Shown here: positions 7,690-15,812 of the stretch, piece by piece
Layout: every line of letters starts with the position of its first letter
How positions within the stretch are numbered: the stretch's first letter is position 1
DNA from: Geobacter sulfurreducens PCA
GTDB taxonomy: Bacteria > Desulfobacterota > Desulfuromonadia > Geobacterales > Geobacteraceae
NCBI RefSeq assembly: GCF_000007985.2
Contig: NC_002939.5
Coordinates: forward strand, 1,050,001 to 1,082,000
Length of the DNA stretch: 32,000 bases
Direction of reading: 5' to 3'
Notes under the pieces: model-generated
Databases searched by the model: none
Told to the model about the DNA's origin: nothing
What the model saw: only the letters and a program-made list of their open reading frames with translations
Position numbers and translations under genes: made by a program

Positions 7690-8778
7690 ATGGCCGATGA
7701 AACGATCAGTCTCGATTACTATGCGCCCCGCTTCCGGGTTGAGATCGACGGCGAGACGATCCCCCAGGACGGGATCGTGAGCGTGGAGGTGGACGAGACC
7801 CTCGATGCTCCGGCCATGGTGTCGCTGGCCTTCAACGAGACCCTCGACCCCCGCAGCCAGACCTTTGCCTGGCTCGATAACCCGAAGCTGGTGCCCGGTG
7901 CGGAGGTGAAGGTCTTCCTCGGCTATACGGGGCGGGCGGTGCCGGCTCCAAAACCCCTCTTCGAGGGGAGACTCCATACCCTGACCCCGGCGTTCCAGAA
8001 TTCGGGCGTCCCCTCGCTCATGGTGCAGGGGTATGACCATTCCCACGGTCTCCAGAAGGTCAAGAGCCACTTCTCCCGGACCAATGCCCGGGCCAGTGAC
8101 GCCGCCTCCGAGATCGCCCGGTTGAACGGCCTCGACGCCTCGGGGGTGGAGGCAACCGCTACGGTCCATCCGAGCATCCGGCAGGGGGAGGACGAGGTGG
8201 ACCTGGAGTTTCTGCGGCGCCTGGCGCGGGACTTGGGCTTCGAGGTGTTTGTCCGGGGCAAGGCCCTCATGTTCCGTACCCCGGCGGACGAGGAAACGGA
8301 ACTGCTCACCTTCCAGTGGGGCCGCAACCTCGTCAGCTTCACCCCACGCCTGTCCACCTCCGCCCAAGTGAGTGAGGTGCGGGTCAGGGGGTGGAATCCG
8401 GCCACCAAGGAGCGGATCGAGGGGAAGGCTACGGTTGCCGATCTGAAGGGGCTTGCCGGTGGCGTGAGCGGTGCCGAGCAGGCAGGGTCCGGGGGAGAGC
8501 CGGTGGTCCGCAGCATCGAGGACCGGCCCGTGTTTTCCCGGGAAGAGGCCGACGCCCTGGCCCGCGCCGAGCTCAACCGCCTCAATGACGGCTTCATCAC
8601 CGGCACGGGGGAGACCATCGGGATGCCGGAGCTCAGGCCGGGGATTACCGTGGCCATCCAGGGGATCGGCACGCGGTTCAGCGGCAGGTACTACGTGAAG
8701 GGGGCGCGGCACAGCCTGGGGGACTCGGGCTACCGGACCACTTTCGAAGTGAGGAGGAACGCCCTTGGGTCTCTATGA
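7690..8778 (+). CDS. Phage late control gene D (gpD / gp27-like) baseplate hub protein
   Basis: 362 aa. YAPRFRVEIDG...LGY...GYDHSH...LEFLRRLARDLGFEVFV...RYYV..ARHSL resembles the Phage_GPD family (N-terminal part of VgrG/Afp8). Confidence 0.85.
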   Translation: MADETISLDYYAPRFRVEIDGETIPQDGIVSVEVDETLDAPAMVSLAFNETLDPRSQTFAWLDNPKLVPGAEVKVFLGYTGRAVPAPKPLFEGRLHTLTPAFQNSGVPSLMVQGYDHSHGLQKVKSHFSRTNARASDAASEIARLNGLDASGVEATATVHPSIRQGEDEVDLEFLRRLARDLGFEVFVRGKALMFRTPADEETELLTFQWGRNLVSFTPRLSTSAQVSEVRVRGWNPATKERIEGKATVADLKGLAGGVSGAEQAGSGGEPVVRSIEDRPVFSREEADALARAELNRLNDGFITGTGETIGMPELRPGITVAIQGIGTRFSGRYYVKGARHSLGDSGYRTTFEVRRNALGSL

Positions 8779-9421
8779 TCTGCTCGACGCGGAAGGCAAG
8801 GACGACCAGAAGGGGAAATCACCGGGCGTAGCGGTGGGTGTCGTCGCCGACAACCAGGATCCGGAGGGGATGGGGCGGGTCAAGGTGCGGTTTCCCTGGA
8901 AGGACGATGCGGACGAGAGCACCTGGGCCCGGGTGGTAACCCCCATGGCCGGCAAGGGGCGCGGCCTCTGGTTTCTCCCCGAGGTGGGGGACGAGGTGCT
9001 CGTGGCCTTCGACCACGGCGACGTGCAGCATCCCTACGTGCTCGGCAGCCTCTGGAACGGCACCGATACCCCGCCGGGGGACAACGGCGACGGCAACAAC
9101 AATATCCGCAAGATCACCTCCCGCAGCGGCCACGAACTGGTCTTCGACGACACGTCCGGGGCGGAAAAGGTGGTGATCAGGACCAAGGCGGGCCACGCCA
9201 TCACCCTGGACGATGCGGGCGGCGGCGAGAAGATCGAGATCAAGGACAAGAGCGGTTCCAACAAGCTGGTGATCGATTCGGCCCAGAACAGCATCGGTAT
9301 CGAGAGCTCCATGAAGCTCACGATCAAGGGGCAGATGGTGGAGATCCAGTCGGACGCCAACATGACCCTCAAGGCCGGGGCCGTCATGACCATCCAGGGG
9401 TCGATGGTGAAGATCAACTGA
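8765..9421 (+). CDS. Spike protein, gp5/gpV OB-fold plus beta-helix (C-terminal part of VgrG/Afp8)
   Basis: TTG start 7 nt after a GAGGAGG RBS, with a 14-nt overlap of the gpD-like gene. GVVADNQDPEGMGRVKVRFPW...WARV..PMAG..RG.WFLPEVGDEVLVAFDHGD...PYVLGSLWN is the Phage_base_V/VgrG OB-fold. It is followed by repetitive beta-helix strands. Confidence 0.85.
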   Translation: MGLYDLLDAEGKDDQKGKSPGVAVGVVADNQDPEGMGRVKVRFPWKDDADESTWARVVTPMAGKGRGLWFLPEVGDEVLVAFDHGDVQHPYVLGSLWNGTDTPPGDNGDGNNNIRKITSRSGHELVFDDTSGAEKVVIRTKAGHAITLDDAGGGEKIEIKDKSGSNKLVIDSAQNSIGIESSMKLTIKGQMVEIQSDANMTLKAGAVMTIQGSMVKIN

Positions 9422-9451
9422 AATCCTTCGCGGTGTCGGGGGAGATGGGGC

Positions 9452-9602
9452 GGGAGGCGGCGGGGCTCCCGCTCCGGAAAAATCCAAGCGTCACCGGCGG
9501 TGGTCATGGAGCCGTCATCGCGGGTGCCAGTGCTTTCCCTGCGTAAGAGGATGTGGTGGTTTTCTGCGGGATTTTTCCTCCGCGGGAGCCCCGCCGCCTC
9601 CC
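9452..9602. repeat. 151-nt element bounded by 34-nt near-perfect inverted repeats (31/34) in the spike-PAAR intergenic region
   Basis: Arm 1 is 9452-9485 (gggaggcggcggggctcccgctccggaaaaatcc). Arm 2 is 9569-9602 (ggatttttcctccgcgggagccccgccgcctccc). They are reverse complements except for 3 central positions, and are separated by an 83-nt spacer. Confidence 0.7.
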
Positions 9603-9652
9603 TGGAACAAGAGGCGGCTGTTTGTTGGAAAATCAGTTTGAAGGAGATTTTC

Positions 9653-9949
9653 ATGCCGATGGCGGCACGGACAGGAGATATGACATCCCACGGCACTCCC
9701 CTGGGGCCGGGGCCCGGCTGCGCCACGGTGCTCATCGGCGGCATGCCGGCCTGGCGGGCGGGGAGCGATTTTCACGCCTGCCCGCTCATGAATCCGGGGC
9801 CGTCGCCCCACGTGGGGGGGACAGTGGCGGCGGGGAGCGCCACGGTTTTGATCGGCGGCCTGCCGGCGGCCCGGCAGGGGGATTCCATCGTGGAGTCGGG
9901 GCCGCCCAACAGCATTACCCTGGGGTGTCCCACGGTGATGATCGGATAG
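9653..9949 (+). CDS. PAAR-domain spike tip protein (Afp10-like)
   Basis: ATG at 9653 with RBS AAGGAG 7 nt upstream. MPMAARTGD..HG...GPG..TVLIGGMPA.R.GD...C...GP..H.GG.V..GS.TVLIGGLPAARQGD is a typical PAAR repeat architecture. The longer ORF from 9500 is rejected. Confidence 0.85.
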   Translation: MPMAARTGDMTSHGTPLGPGPGCATVLIGGMPAWRAGSDFHACPLMNPGPSPHVGGTVAAGSATVLIGGLPAARQGDSIVESGPPNSITLGCPTVMIG

Positions 9950-9959
9950 GGAGGGCGCA

Positions 9960-10361
9960 GTGACCAAGGCCAGAGAATTCCTGGGCACGGGATGGAAGTT
10001 TCCGGTGGCGGCGGGGGCGGATGGCGCCATGGTCCTCTCTTCGGCCGAAGAGGACATCGCCGAGTCGATTCGCATCATTCTCGGCACTGCCCGGGGAGAG
10101 CGGGTCATGCGCCCCGATTTCGGCTGCGGCATCCACGACCGCGTCTTCTCGGTGATCAACACCACCACCCTGGGACTGATCGAGAACGAGGTGAAGGAGG
10201 CCCTTATCCTGTGGGAACCCCGGATCGAGCTGTTGTCCGTGACCGCCTCACCCCGGGAGGCGGCCGAGGGAAGACTCCTGATCGATATCGAATACCGGGT
10301 GCGGAGCACCAACACCCGGTTCAACCTGGTGTACCCGTTCTATCTGAAGGAAAGCGCGTGA
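9960..10361 (+). CDS. GPW/gp25-family baseplate wedge protein (Afp9-like)
   Basis: GTG start after GGGAGGG. FLGTGWKFP....G.......EEDI.ESIRIILGT..GERVMRPDFG..I.D.VF matches the gp25 family. Confidence 0.9.
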   Translation: MTKAREFLGTGWKFPVAAGADGAMVLSSAEEDIAESIRIILGTARGERVMRPDFGCGIHDRVFSVINTTTLGLIENEVKEALILWEPRIELLSVTASPREAAEGRLLIDIEYRVRSTNTRFNLVYPFYLKESA

Positions 10362-10380
10362 CATCGAGGTGCGAACTGCC

Positions 10381-13300
10381 ATGAATGCCGATCTCCCCTT
10401 GATAGACGGCCGTACGGCCGCGGATGTGGTCGAGAAGATTCGCGCCACCGCGCCATTCTATGTGCCCGAGTGGAGCGGCGGTGTCGACGGCGATGCGGGA
10501 AGTGCCCTGACCGGCGTCTTCGGCGACATGGTGGTGGAGGTGCTCCAGCGGCTCAACCGTGTGCCCGAGCGCCATCTGGCCGCGTTTCTGGAAGTGCTGG
10601 GGTTGCGGCTCCTGCCGCCCCGGCCGGCCGAAACCGTGGTGGTCTTCACCCTGGCCAAGGATGCGGACCGAAGCGCCCTCGTCGCGTCCGGCACCCAGGT
10701 CATGGCGGAAAAGACTACGGACCACCCGGAACTCCTCTTCGAAACCGACGAGAACGTGCTGGCCGTCCCGAGCAGGATCACGGCCCTCTACAGCACCATC
10801 CCCGATACGGCGGGCGGGAGGGAGAAGGTCTTCGGCCACACGGAGGCGTGGACCGCGGGAAGCTCCTTTACGATCTTCCACGGCACCGAGAACCTCCAGG
10901 AGCATGCCCTCTATCTGCGGCAGACCGGGCTCTTCACCGTGCGGAGCGGCGTGGAGATCCACCTGTCCGGCGTGCCGCGGGCGCTGGCCGACCAGGTTGC
11001 CTGGAGCTACACCGATGCCGACGGCCGGGAGACGCTGTTCGGGGCGAGATTCGATGGTGCCGGCGGCACGCTCATTCTCTCCACCGGGGCAGGTCGGCCG
11101 GAACTGGGCCGGTGCGTGGTGAACGGCATCGACGGCATTTGGCTCAAGGGGGTGCCGAAGGTAGGTGCCGACGGCACGACTGCCCTGGCGCGGGTCAAGG
11201 ACGCCGTGCTCCGCACCGTGGTGGGGGTCGGCACCAGGTCGCTTCCCACCGCGGTGATTCACCCTGACGTGGCTTTTGCCGGCGATGTTCCCCAGGACCT
11301 CACCGTGACTGCCGGTGGCGATTTCATCCGGAACCTCCTCCCTTTCGGCGACAAGCCCATGCCACTGGCCGCCTTCCACCTGGCAAGCCGGGAGGTCTTC
11401 TCCAAGAGGGGGGCCAGGATTACCCTCCGCATTACCTGCGCCACGGACCTTGACGTGCCCATCGAGCGGGTCCAGGGGATCGGCGCCGTCTTCTCGGCCC
11501 GGCTCAGGGGAGCGGGCATTGCCACGGCCGGTGAACTCCTGTCCCGGTCCGACGCCCAGGTTGCCGGGATAATCCGGGCTCCCGGCAGCGCTCGCCCGGC
11601 TTCCTCCTACCTGCTCCGGGCCAGGAATATCCGCGAAGCCACGGCCAAGGCCTATTACGACAAGACCGGAGCGGTCAGCTACCGGTCAGGCCGTGCTGCC
11701 GCGCTGGGGCCGGGCCTGTCATGGGAGTACTGGAACGGGACCGGCTGGTGTGCCATCAGCGACGTGACCGACAGCACCGGCGGCCTCCTGGCCACCGGCG
11801 AGGTGACCTTCACCTGCCCCGCCGACATGGCGGAGGTGGAGGTGAGCGGCCAGCGGAACTGGTGGATCCGGGTCCGGCTCTCTTCCGGCGATTATGGCCG
11901 GGAGTTCGAGATCGTAAACGGCCAGGCCGTGGCGGCCGGCTTCACCCCGCCGCGCCTGGGGCGCATCACCCTCTCCTGGGACGGCACCGATCCCTCGGCC
12001 ATGGGTGAGCCCGATTCTATCCTGACGCGCAATAACCTGGAGTGGGACGACGGTCTTGCCGTGCTGCGCACGGGCGCGGTCTTCCGGCCGTTCCGCCCAC
12101 TGGCCGACCTGCGCCCCGCCTTCTACGCCGGCTTCGACCGCCCCCTGGCCAAGGGGCCCATCGGCCTCTACCTGGATCTGGCCGAAATCGATTATGCCCG
12201 CGACTTCAGGCCCAGGGTGCAGTGGGAAGTCTATGACGCCGGAGCGTGCGAGTGGTTGAGGCTCGATGCGGAGGACGGCACAGCCGGCCTCACCCGTGCC
12301 GGCATCGTCCGTGTCGTGGTGCCCGAGGGGGGCGTTCCGGCACCGCTCTTCGGCACGCGGCTTCACTGGCTCCGGGCGGTGCTCGTGGCAGGGGAGTACG
12401 CCCCCACGGCCCTCGGCGCCGGTCTTCCCTACCGGCTGCGCCGCGGCTACCTGAACATCCCCCGCATCATCGGCAGACCGGCCCACCTGAAGGGGAGCAT
12501 CCTCAATCCGGCCCGGTGGCGGTCGTGGCGGCAGCTTCCCTCCAACAGCCCCCCCATTGCCCGGGGCATCTACCTCAATGCCGCCCGGGCCCTGCAGCTC
12601 ACCTCCGTGAGGAACGAGCGGCCGGGATCGGGGAACGGGCTGCCGGACCAGAGTTTCACCCTTGCCCGGAAGCCGGTTTTCGACGACCAGGTCTGGGTCA
12701 ACGAGTTCGGGCTCATTTCCGCCGCAGAGCTGGATCGCCTCGCCGCAGACGCTCCCGGTCGGGTCAGCCGGGTGACTGACCGGGAGGGACGGGTGAGCGA
12801 AGTCTGGGTGCGGTGGGAAGGGCGCGACGACCTCCTGGCCTCGGGGCCGCTAGACCGGCACTACGGCATCGACCGGAGCAGTGGTCTCGTCTCCTTTGGC
12901 AACGGGAAAAGGGGCCGGGTGCTGCCTGCCGGAACGAACAACGTCCGGGTCAGCTACCGCACCGGCGGAGGTGCTGCCGGCAACCTCGGCTGGGGGGCGA
13001 TTGCCCGCATGCGGACCGGCATCCCCTTGGTGGACAAGGTCGTCAATCCCGGCCCCTGCGGAGGCGGGGTCGAGGGGGAGGATATCTCCGCCCTCTACCG
13101 GCGGGGCCCCCAGAGCCTGCGGCGCCGCGACCGGGCCGTGACCGTTGAGGACTACGAGGGCCTGATCAGGGAGCAGTTCCCCGGTATGGCCCTGGTCAAG
13201 TGCCTCCCCGTGTGCGATGACCGGGGCATGACCCGCACGGGATGGCTGACGGTGATCATCGTGCCGCGCGCGGCCGATGACCGGCCCATCCCCTCGGCGG

Positions 13301-13740
13301 CCCTGCGCCGGCGGGTGGAGGAGTTTGTCGCCGGTCACGGCGCCAACGTAGTGACCGCCCCCTGCCATGCCGTGGTGACCCGGCCGTCCTACGTGCGGGT
13401 GTCGGTTGATGCCGCCCTGGTGCCCCGCAGCCTCGACCAGGCCCCCGCCGTGGAGACGGCGGCCCTTGCCGCTCTCGGGCGGTTCCTCCATCCCCTGACC
13501 GGCGGGTGGGACGGCGGAGGGTGGCCCTTTGGCCGCCTGGTCTGCCATTCGGACCTCTACCGCTTGCTGGAGGAGATCGAAGGGGTTGATCGGGTGGCAA
13601 GCATGGCGGTAACGGCCGTCGATGAAATGGGACGTCGGATGGAGCTTGGCGAGGCGGATGAGTTGACGCGGCCGGTGGACCCCTATCTGCTCGTTTCCAG
13701 CGGAGACCATCGGGTCGCGGCACGGGCCGGCGACGTATAG
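10381..13740 (+). CDS. Large Baseplate_J-like baseplate protein (Afp11-like) with an inserted helix-hairpin-helix module
   Basis: ATG at 10381 with GAGGTG 10 nt upstream. The C-terminal third (RVSYRTGGGAAGN...VTVEDYEGLIREQFP...GWPFGR.V..SDLY..LE.IEGVD) is Baseplate_J-like. The insert at 11458-11660 contains VQGIGAVFSARLRGAGIATAGELL. Confidence 0.85.
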   Translation: MNADLPLIDGRTAADVVEKIRATAPFYVPEWSGGVDGDAGSALTGVFGDMVVEVLQRLNRVPERHLAAFLEVLGLRLLPPRPAETVVVFTLAKDADRSALVASGTQVMAEKTTDHPELLFETDENVLAVPSRITALYSTIPDTAGGREKVFGHTEAWTAGSSFTIFHGTENLQEHALYLRQTGLFTVRSGVEIHLSGVPRALADQVAWSYTDADGRETLFGARFDGAGGTLILSTGAGRPELGRCVVNGIDGIWLKGVPKVGADGTTALARVKDAVLRTVVGVGTRSLPTAVIHPDVAFAGDVPQDLTVTAGGDFIRNLLPFGDKPMPLAAFHLASREVFSKRGARITLRITCATDLDVPIERVQGIGAVFSARLRGAGIATAGELLSRSDAQVAGIIRAPGSARPASSYLLRARNIREATAKAYYDKTGAVSYRSGRAAALGPGLSWEYWNGTGWCAISDVTDSTGGLLATGEVTFTCPADMAEVEVSGQRNWWIRVRLSSGDYGREFEIVNGQAVAAGFTPPRLGRITLSWDGTDPSAMGEPDSILTRNNLEWDDGLAVLRTGAVFRPFRPLADLRPAFYAGFDRPLAKGPIGLYLDLAEIDYARDFRPRVQWEVYDAGACEWLRLDAEDGTAGLTRAGIVRVVVPEGGVPAPLFGTRLHWLRAVLVAGEYAPTALGAGLPYRLRRGYLNIPRIIGRPAHLKGSILNPARWRSWRQLPSNSPPIARGIYLNAARALQLTSVRNERPGSGNGLPDQSFTLARKPVFDDQVWVNEFGLISAAELDRLAADAPGRVSRVTDREGRVSEVWVRWEGRDDLLASGPLDRHYGIDRSSGLVSFGNGKRGRVLPAGTNNVRVSYRTGGGAAGNLGWGAIARMRTGIPLVDKVVNPGPCGGGVEGEDISALYRRGPQSLRRRDRAVTVEDYEGLIREQFPGMALVKCLPVCDDRGMTRTGWLTVIIVPRAADDRPIPSAALRRRVEEFVAGHGANVVTAPCHAVVTRPSYVRVSVDAALVPRSLDQAPAVETAALAALGRFLHPLTGGWDGGGWPFGRLVCHSDLYRLLEEIEGVDRVASMAVTAVDEMGRRMELGEADELTRPVDPYLLVSSGDHRVAARAGDV

Positions 13741-13763
13741 CACCATGCGGGAGTGAGAGCGTT

Positions 13764-15797
13764 ATGCCCATAGTACCGATACCGGATCTTGACGACAAAC
13801 GATACGCCGACCTGGTGCGGGAGGCAGTGGCGAGCCTTGCGGTGCGCGCACCGGCGTGGACCGACCACAACGCATCGGACCCGGGGATCACATTGGTGGA
13901 GCTCTTCGCCTGGCTGGCGGAGATGCAGATCTACGGGCTCAACTGCCTTACCCCCGACCACTACCGGACCTTCCTCCGTCTCGTGGGTATCCGGCCGGTT
14001 CCGGCAGTGCCCGCCACCGTGGCCCTGACCCTCTCATCCACCGCCGGACGGGAGTTGATGATCCCGCGAGGTACGCGCCTCACGGCCGAGACGGGAGGGG
14101 AACCCCTTCCCTTCGAGACGACGGCCGACCTGTTCCTGCTGAACAACCGGATCGCTGCCGTCATCAGCGCCTGGGGCGGCGGCTTCCGCAATGTCACCGA
14201 TGCCAATGCCCGCGATGCCTTCTTTTTCCCTGCCTTCGGCGAGCAGCCGGCACCGGGGGGCACGCTCCTCATCGCCTTTGAGCGGATGCTTCCGGCAGGG
14301 CGGGAGGTGCGCCTCGCCATCGATCTCTACGAAGCAGACCTGCCCCCCGTGGGTGCCCACCGGGGCGAACCGGCCGCCGTCGTACCCCCGGTGGATCTGG
14401 TCTGGGAGTATTCCACGGAGGCCGGTTACCGTCGGCTCGATCTGCTGGAGGACGGCACCACCGGCCTGACCCGCTCCGGACAGATTCTCTTTTCAGTGCC
14501 TGCCGACATGACGGCGACCACCTCGCCTTACCTGCCGGCAACGGTGCCTGCGCCGCGCTTTCCCATGATCCGCTGTCGCCTGCCGGAAGAGAGCACCGCC
14601 GTGCCGCTGCCTTCCGAGGGTCTGTCGGCATGCCGCCGCGCCGCCGCCCGGCAGGGGACGGGCTTCTATGAGATACCTCCGCGCATCGACTCCATCCGCC
14701 TCAATACGGTGACGGCGCGCCAAGCGGTATCGGTGGTGGACGAGAACCTTGTCTCTTCATCCGGCACCGACTGGGGCAATGGCATGCCGGGACAGGTAGT
14801 TTCCCTTGCCCGGCGGCCGGCCATGGAGGGGAGCCTCAGGGTCAGGGTCCTGACCGGCACCGATTGGGAAGAGTGGGCCGAACGCGACAACCTGGACGCC
14901 TCGGGGCCCACGGACCGGCATTTCGTACTCGACCCGGCGGTCGGTACCATCCTTTTCGGTGATGGCCGCAACGGGCGGGTTTTGCCGGAGGGGGCTCGGG
15001 TGCGGGCCGACTACCTGTCAGGCGGGGGCGCGGCGGGAAACCTGAGGCCCCTGGCATCGTGGCGCTTCGATGATCCCCTGCTGGCGGACCTTGCCGCGCG
15101 CAATGACGCGTCCGCCAGCGGCGGCAGAGACGCCGAGCCGCTCGAGGAGGCCATTGCCCGCGCCCCCCTGGAACTGCGGGAGGTGGACCGGGCCATAACC
15201 TCCGATGATTTCGAGTATCTGGCGCTGAATACCCCCGGTCTCCGGGTGGCCCGCGCCCGGGCGCTTCCCCTCTGGGAGCCGGAAGCGCCGGAGGATCGTC
15301 CTGTGCCGGCCACGGTGACCGTGGTCGTGGTCCCCTGGTCCTTTACCCCGCGGCCGTATCCCGGCCCACGGTTCCTGCGCGCGGTGTGCGACCACCTGGA
15401 TCGCCACCGGCTGGTGACGACCCGCGTCAGGGTGATCCCTCCCCTCTACGCGCAGGTGACGGTCAGAACACGGGTCAGCGCCGGTGAAGGGGTACGTCCC
15501 GAGGAGTTGCGAGCGCGGGTGGCCGAACGGCTTCTGGAGTTTCTTCATCCCCTGAAGGGGGGTGAGGACGGGACGGGGTGGCCTTTTGGCAGAGGGGTCT
15601 ACCGTTCGGAGATCATTGCAGCCATCAGGGAGGTGAGCGGTGTGGAATGCGTGCTGGAGACGACGCTTTCGGGCGATACGTGCACGCGGGTCGACGGCGA
15701 GGGCAACCTGATGATAGACCGGGACGCCCTGGTCTATTCCGAACGGCACGAGGTGGACGTGACTGCCCGCTCCGGCCGGTGCACCGTCACGTACTGA
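13764..15797 (+). CDS. Second Baseplate_J-like baseplate protein (paralogue of the preceding gene)
   Basis: N-terminus DKRYADLVREA...APAWTDHNASDPGITLVELFAWLAEMQIYGLN. C-terminus ADYLSGGGAAGN ... ITSDDFEYLALNTPG...GWPFGRGVYRSEIIAAIREVSGVE parallels the C-terminus of the 10381..13740 product. Confidence 0.8.
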   Translation: MPIVPIPDLDDKRYADLVREAVASLAVRAPAWTDHNASDPGITLVELFAWLAEMQIYGLNCLTPDHYRTFLRLVGIRPVPAVPATVALTLSSTAGRELMIPRGTRLTAETGGEPLPFETTADLFLLNNRIAAVISAWGGGFRNVTDANARDAFFFPAFGEQPAPGGTLLIAFERMLPAGREVRLAIDLYEADLPPVGAHRGEPAAVVPPVDLVWEYSTEAGYRRLDLLEDGTTGLTRSGQILFSVPADMTATTSPYLPATVPAPRFPMIRCRLPEESTAVPLPSEGLSACRRAAARQGTGFYEIPPRIDSIRLNTVTARQAVSVVDENLVSSSGTDWGNGMPGQVVSLARRPAMEGSLRVRVLTGTDWEEWAERDNLDASGPTDRHFVLDPAVGTILFGDGRNGRVLPEGARVRADYLSGGGAAGNLRPLASWRFDDPLLADLAARNDASASGGRDAEPLEEAIARAPLELREVDRAITSDDFEYLALNTPGLRVARARALPLWEPEAPEDRPVPATVTVVVVPWSFTPRPYPGPRFLRAVCDHLDRHRLVTTRVRVIPPLYAQVTVRTRVSAGEGVRPEELRARVAERLLEFLHPLKGGEDGTGWPFGRGVYRSEIIAAIREVSGVECVLETTLSGDTCTRVDGEGNLMIDRDALVYSERHEVDVTARSGRCTVTY

Positions 15798-15812
15798 CAC
15801 GGGAGACACGGC

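Noticed and set aside
6754-8712. 652-aa ORF on the minus strand (with similar long antisense ORFs at 5239..6234, 10321..11379, 15018..16481, 19236..21032 and 21713..23095)
   Set aside because: These are typical shadow ORFs of a high-GC genome. The translations are Arg/Gly/Pro/His-rich low-complexity with no recognisable motifs, and each lies antisense to a + strand gene with clear family signatures and operon-consistent starts.
8765-8778. Split gpD-like / spike genes as a frameshifted VgrG pseudogene
   Set aside because: The second ORF has its own strong GAGGAGG RBS with a correctly spaced TTG start. Both parts are full-length domains, and separate hub and spike genes occur in phage tails. 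The fused-ancestor idea remains possible but is not needed.
9500-9652. N-terminal extension of the PAAR ORF (track start at 9500)
   Set aside because: The extension runs through the inverted-repeat element and has no PAAR-like sequence or SD. ATG 9653 has an AAGGAG RBS and gives a canonical PAAR protein of about 98 aa.
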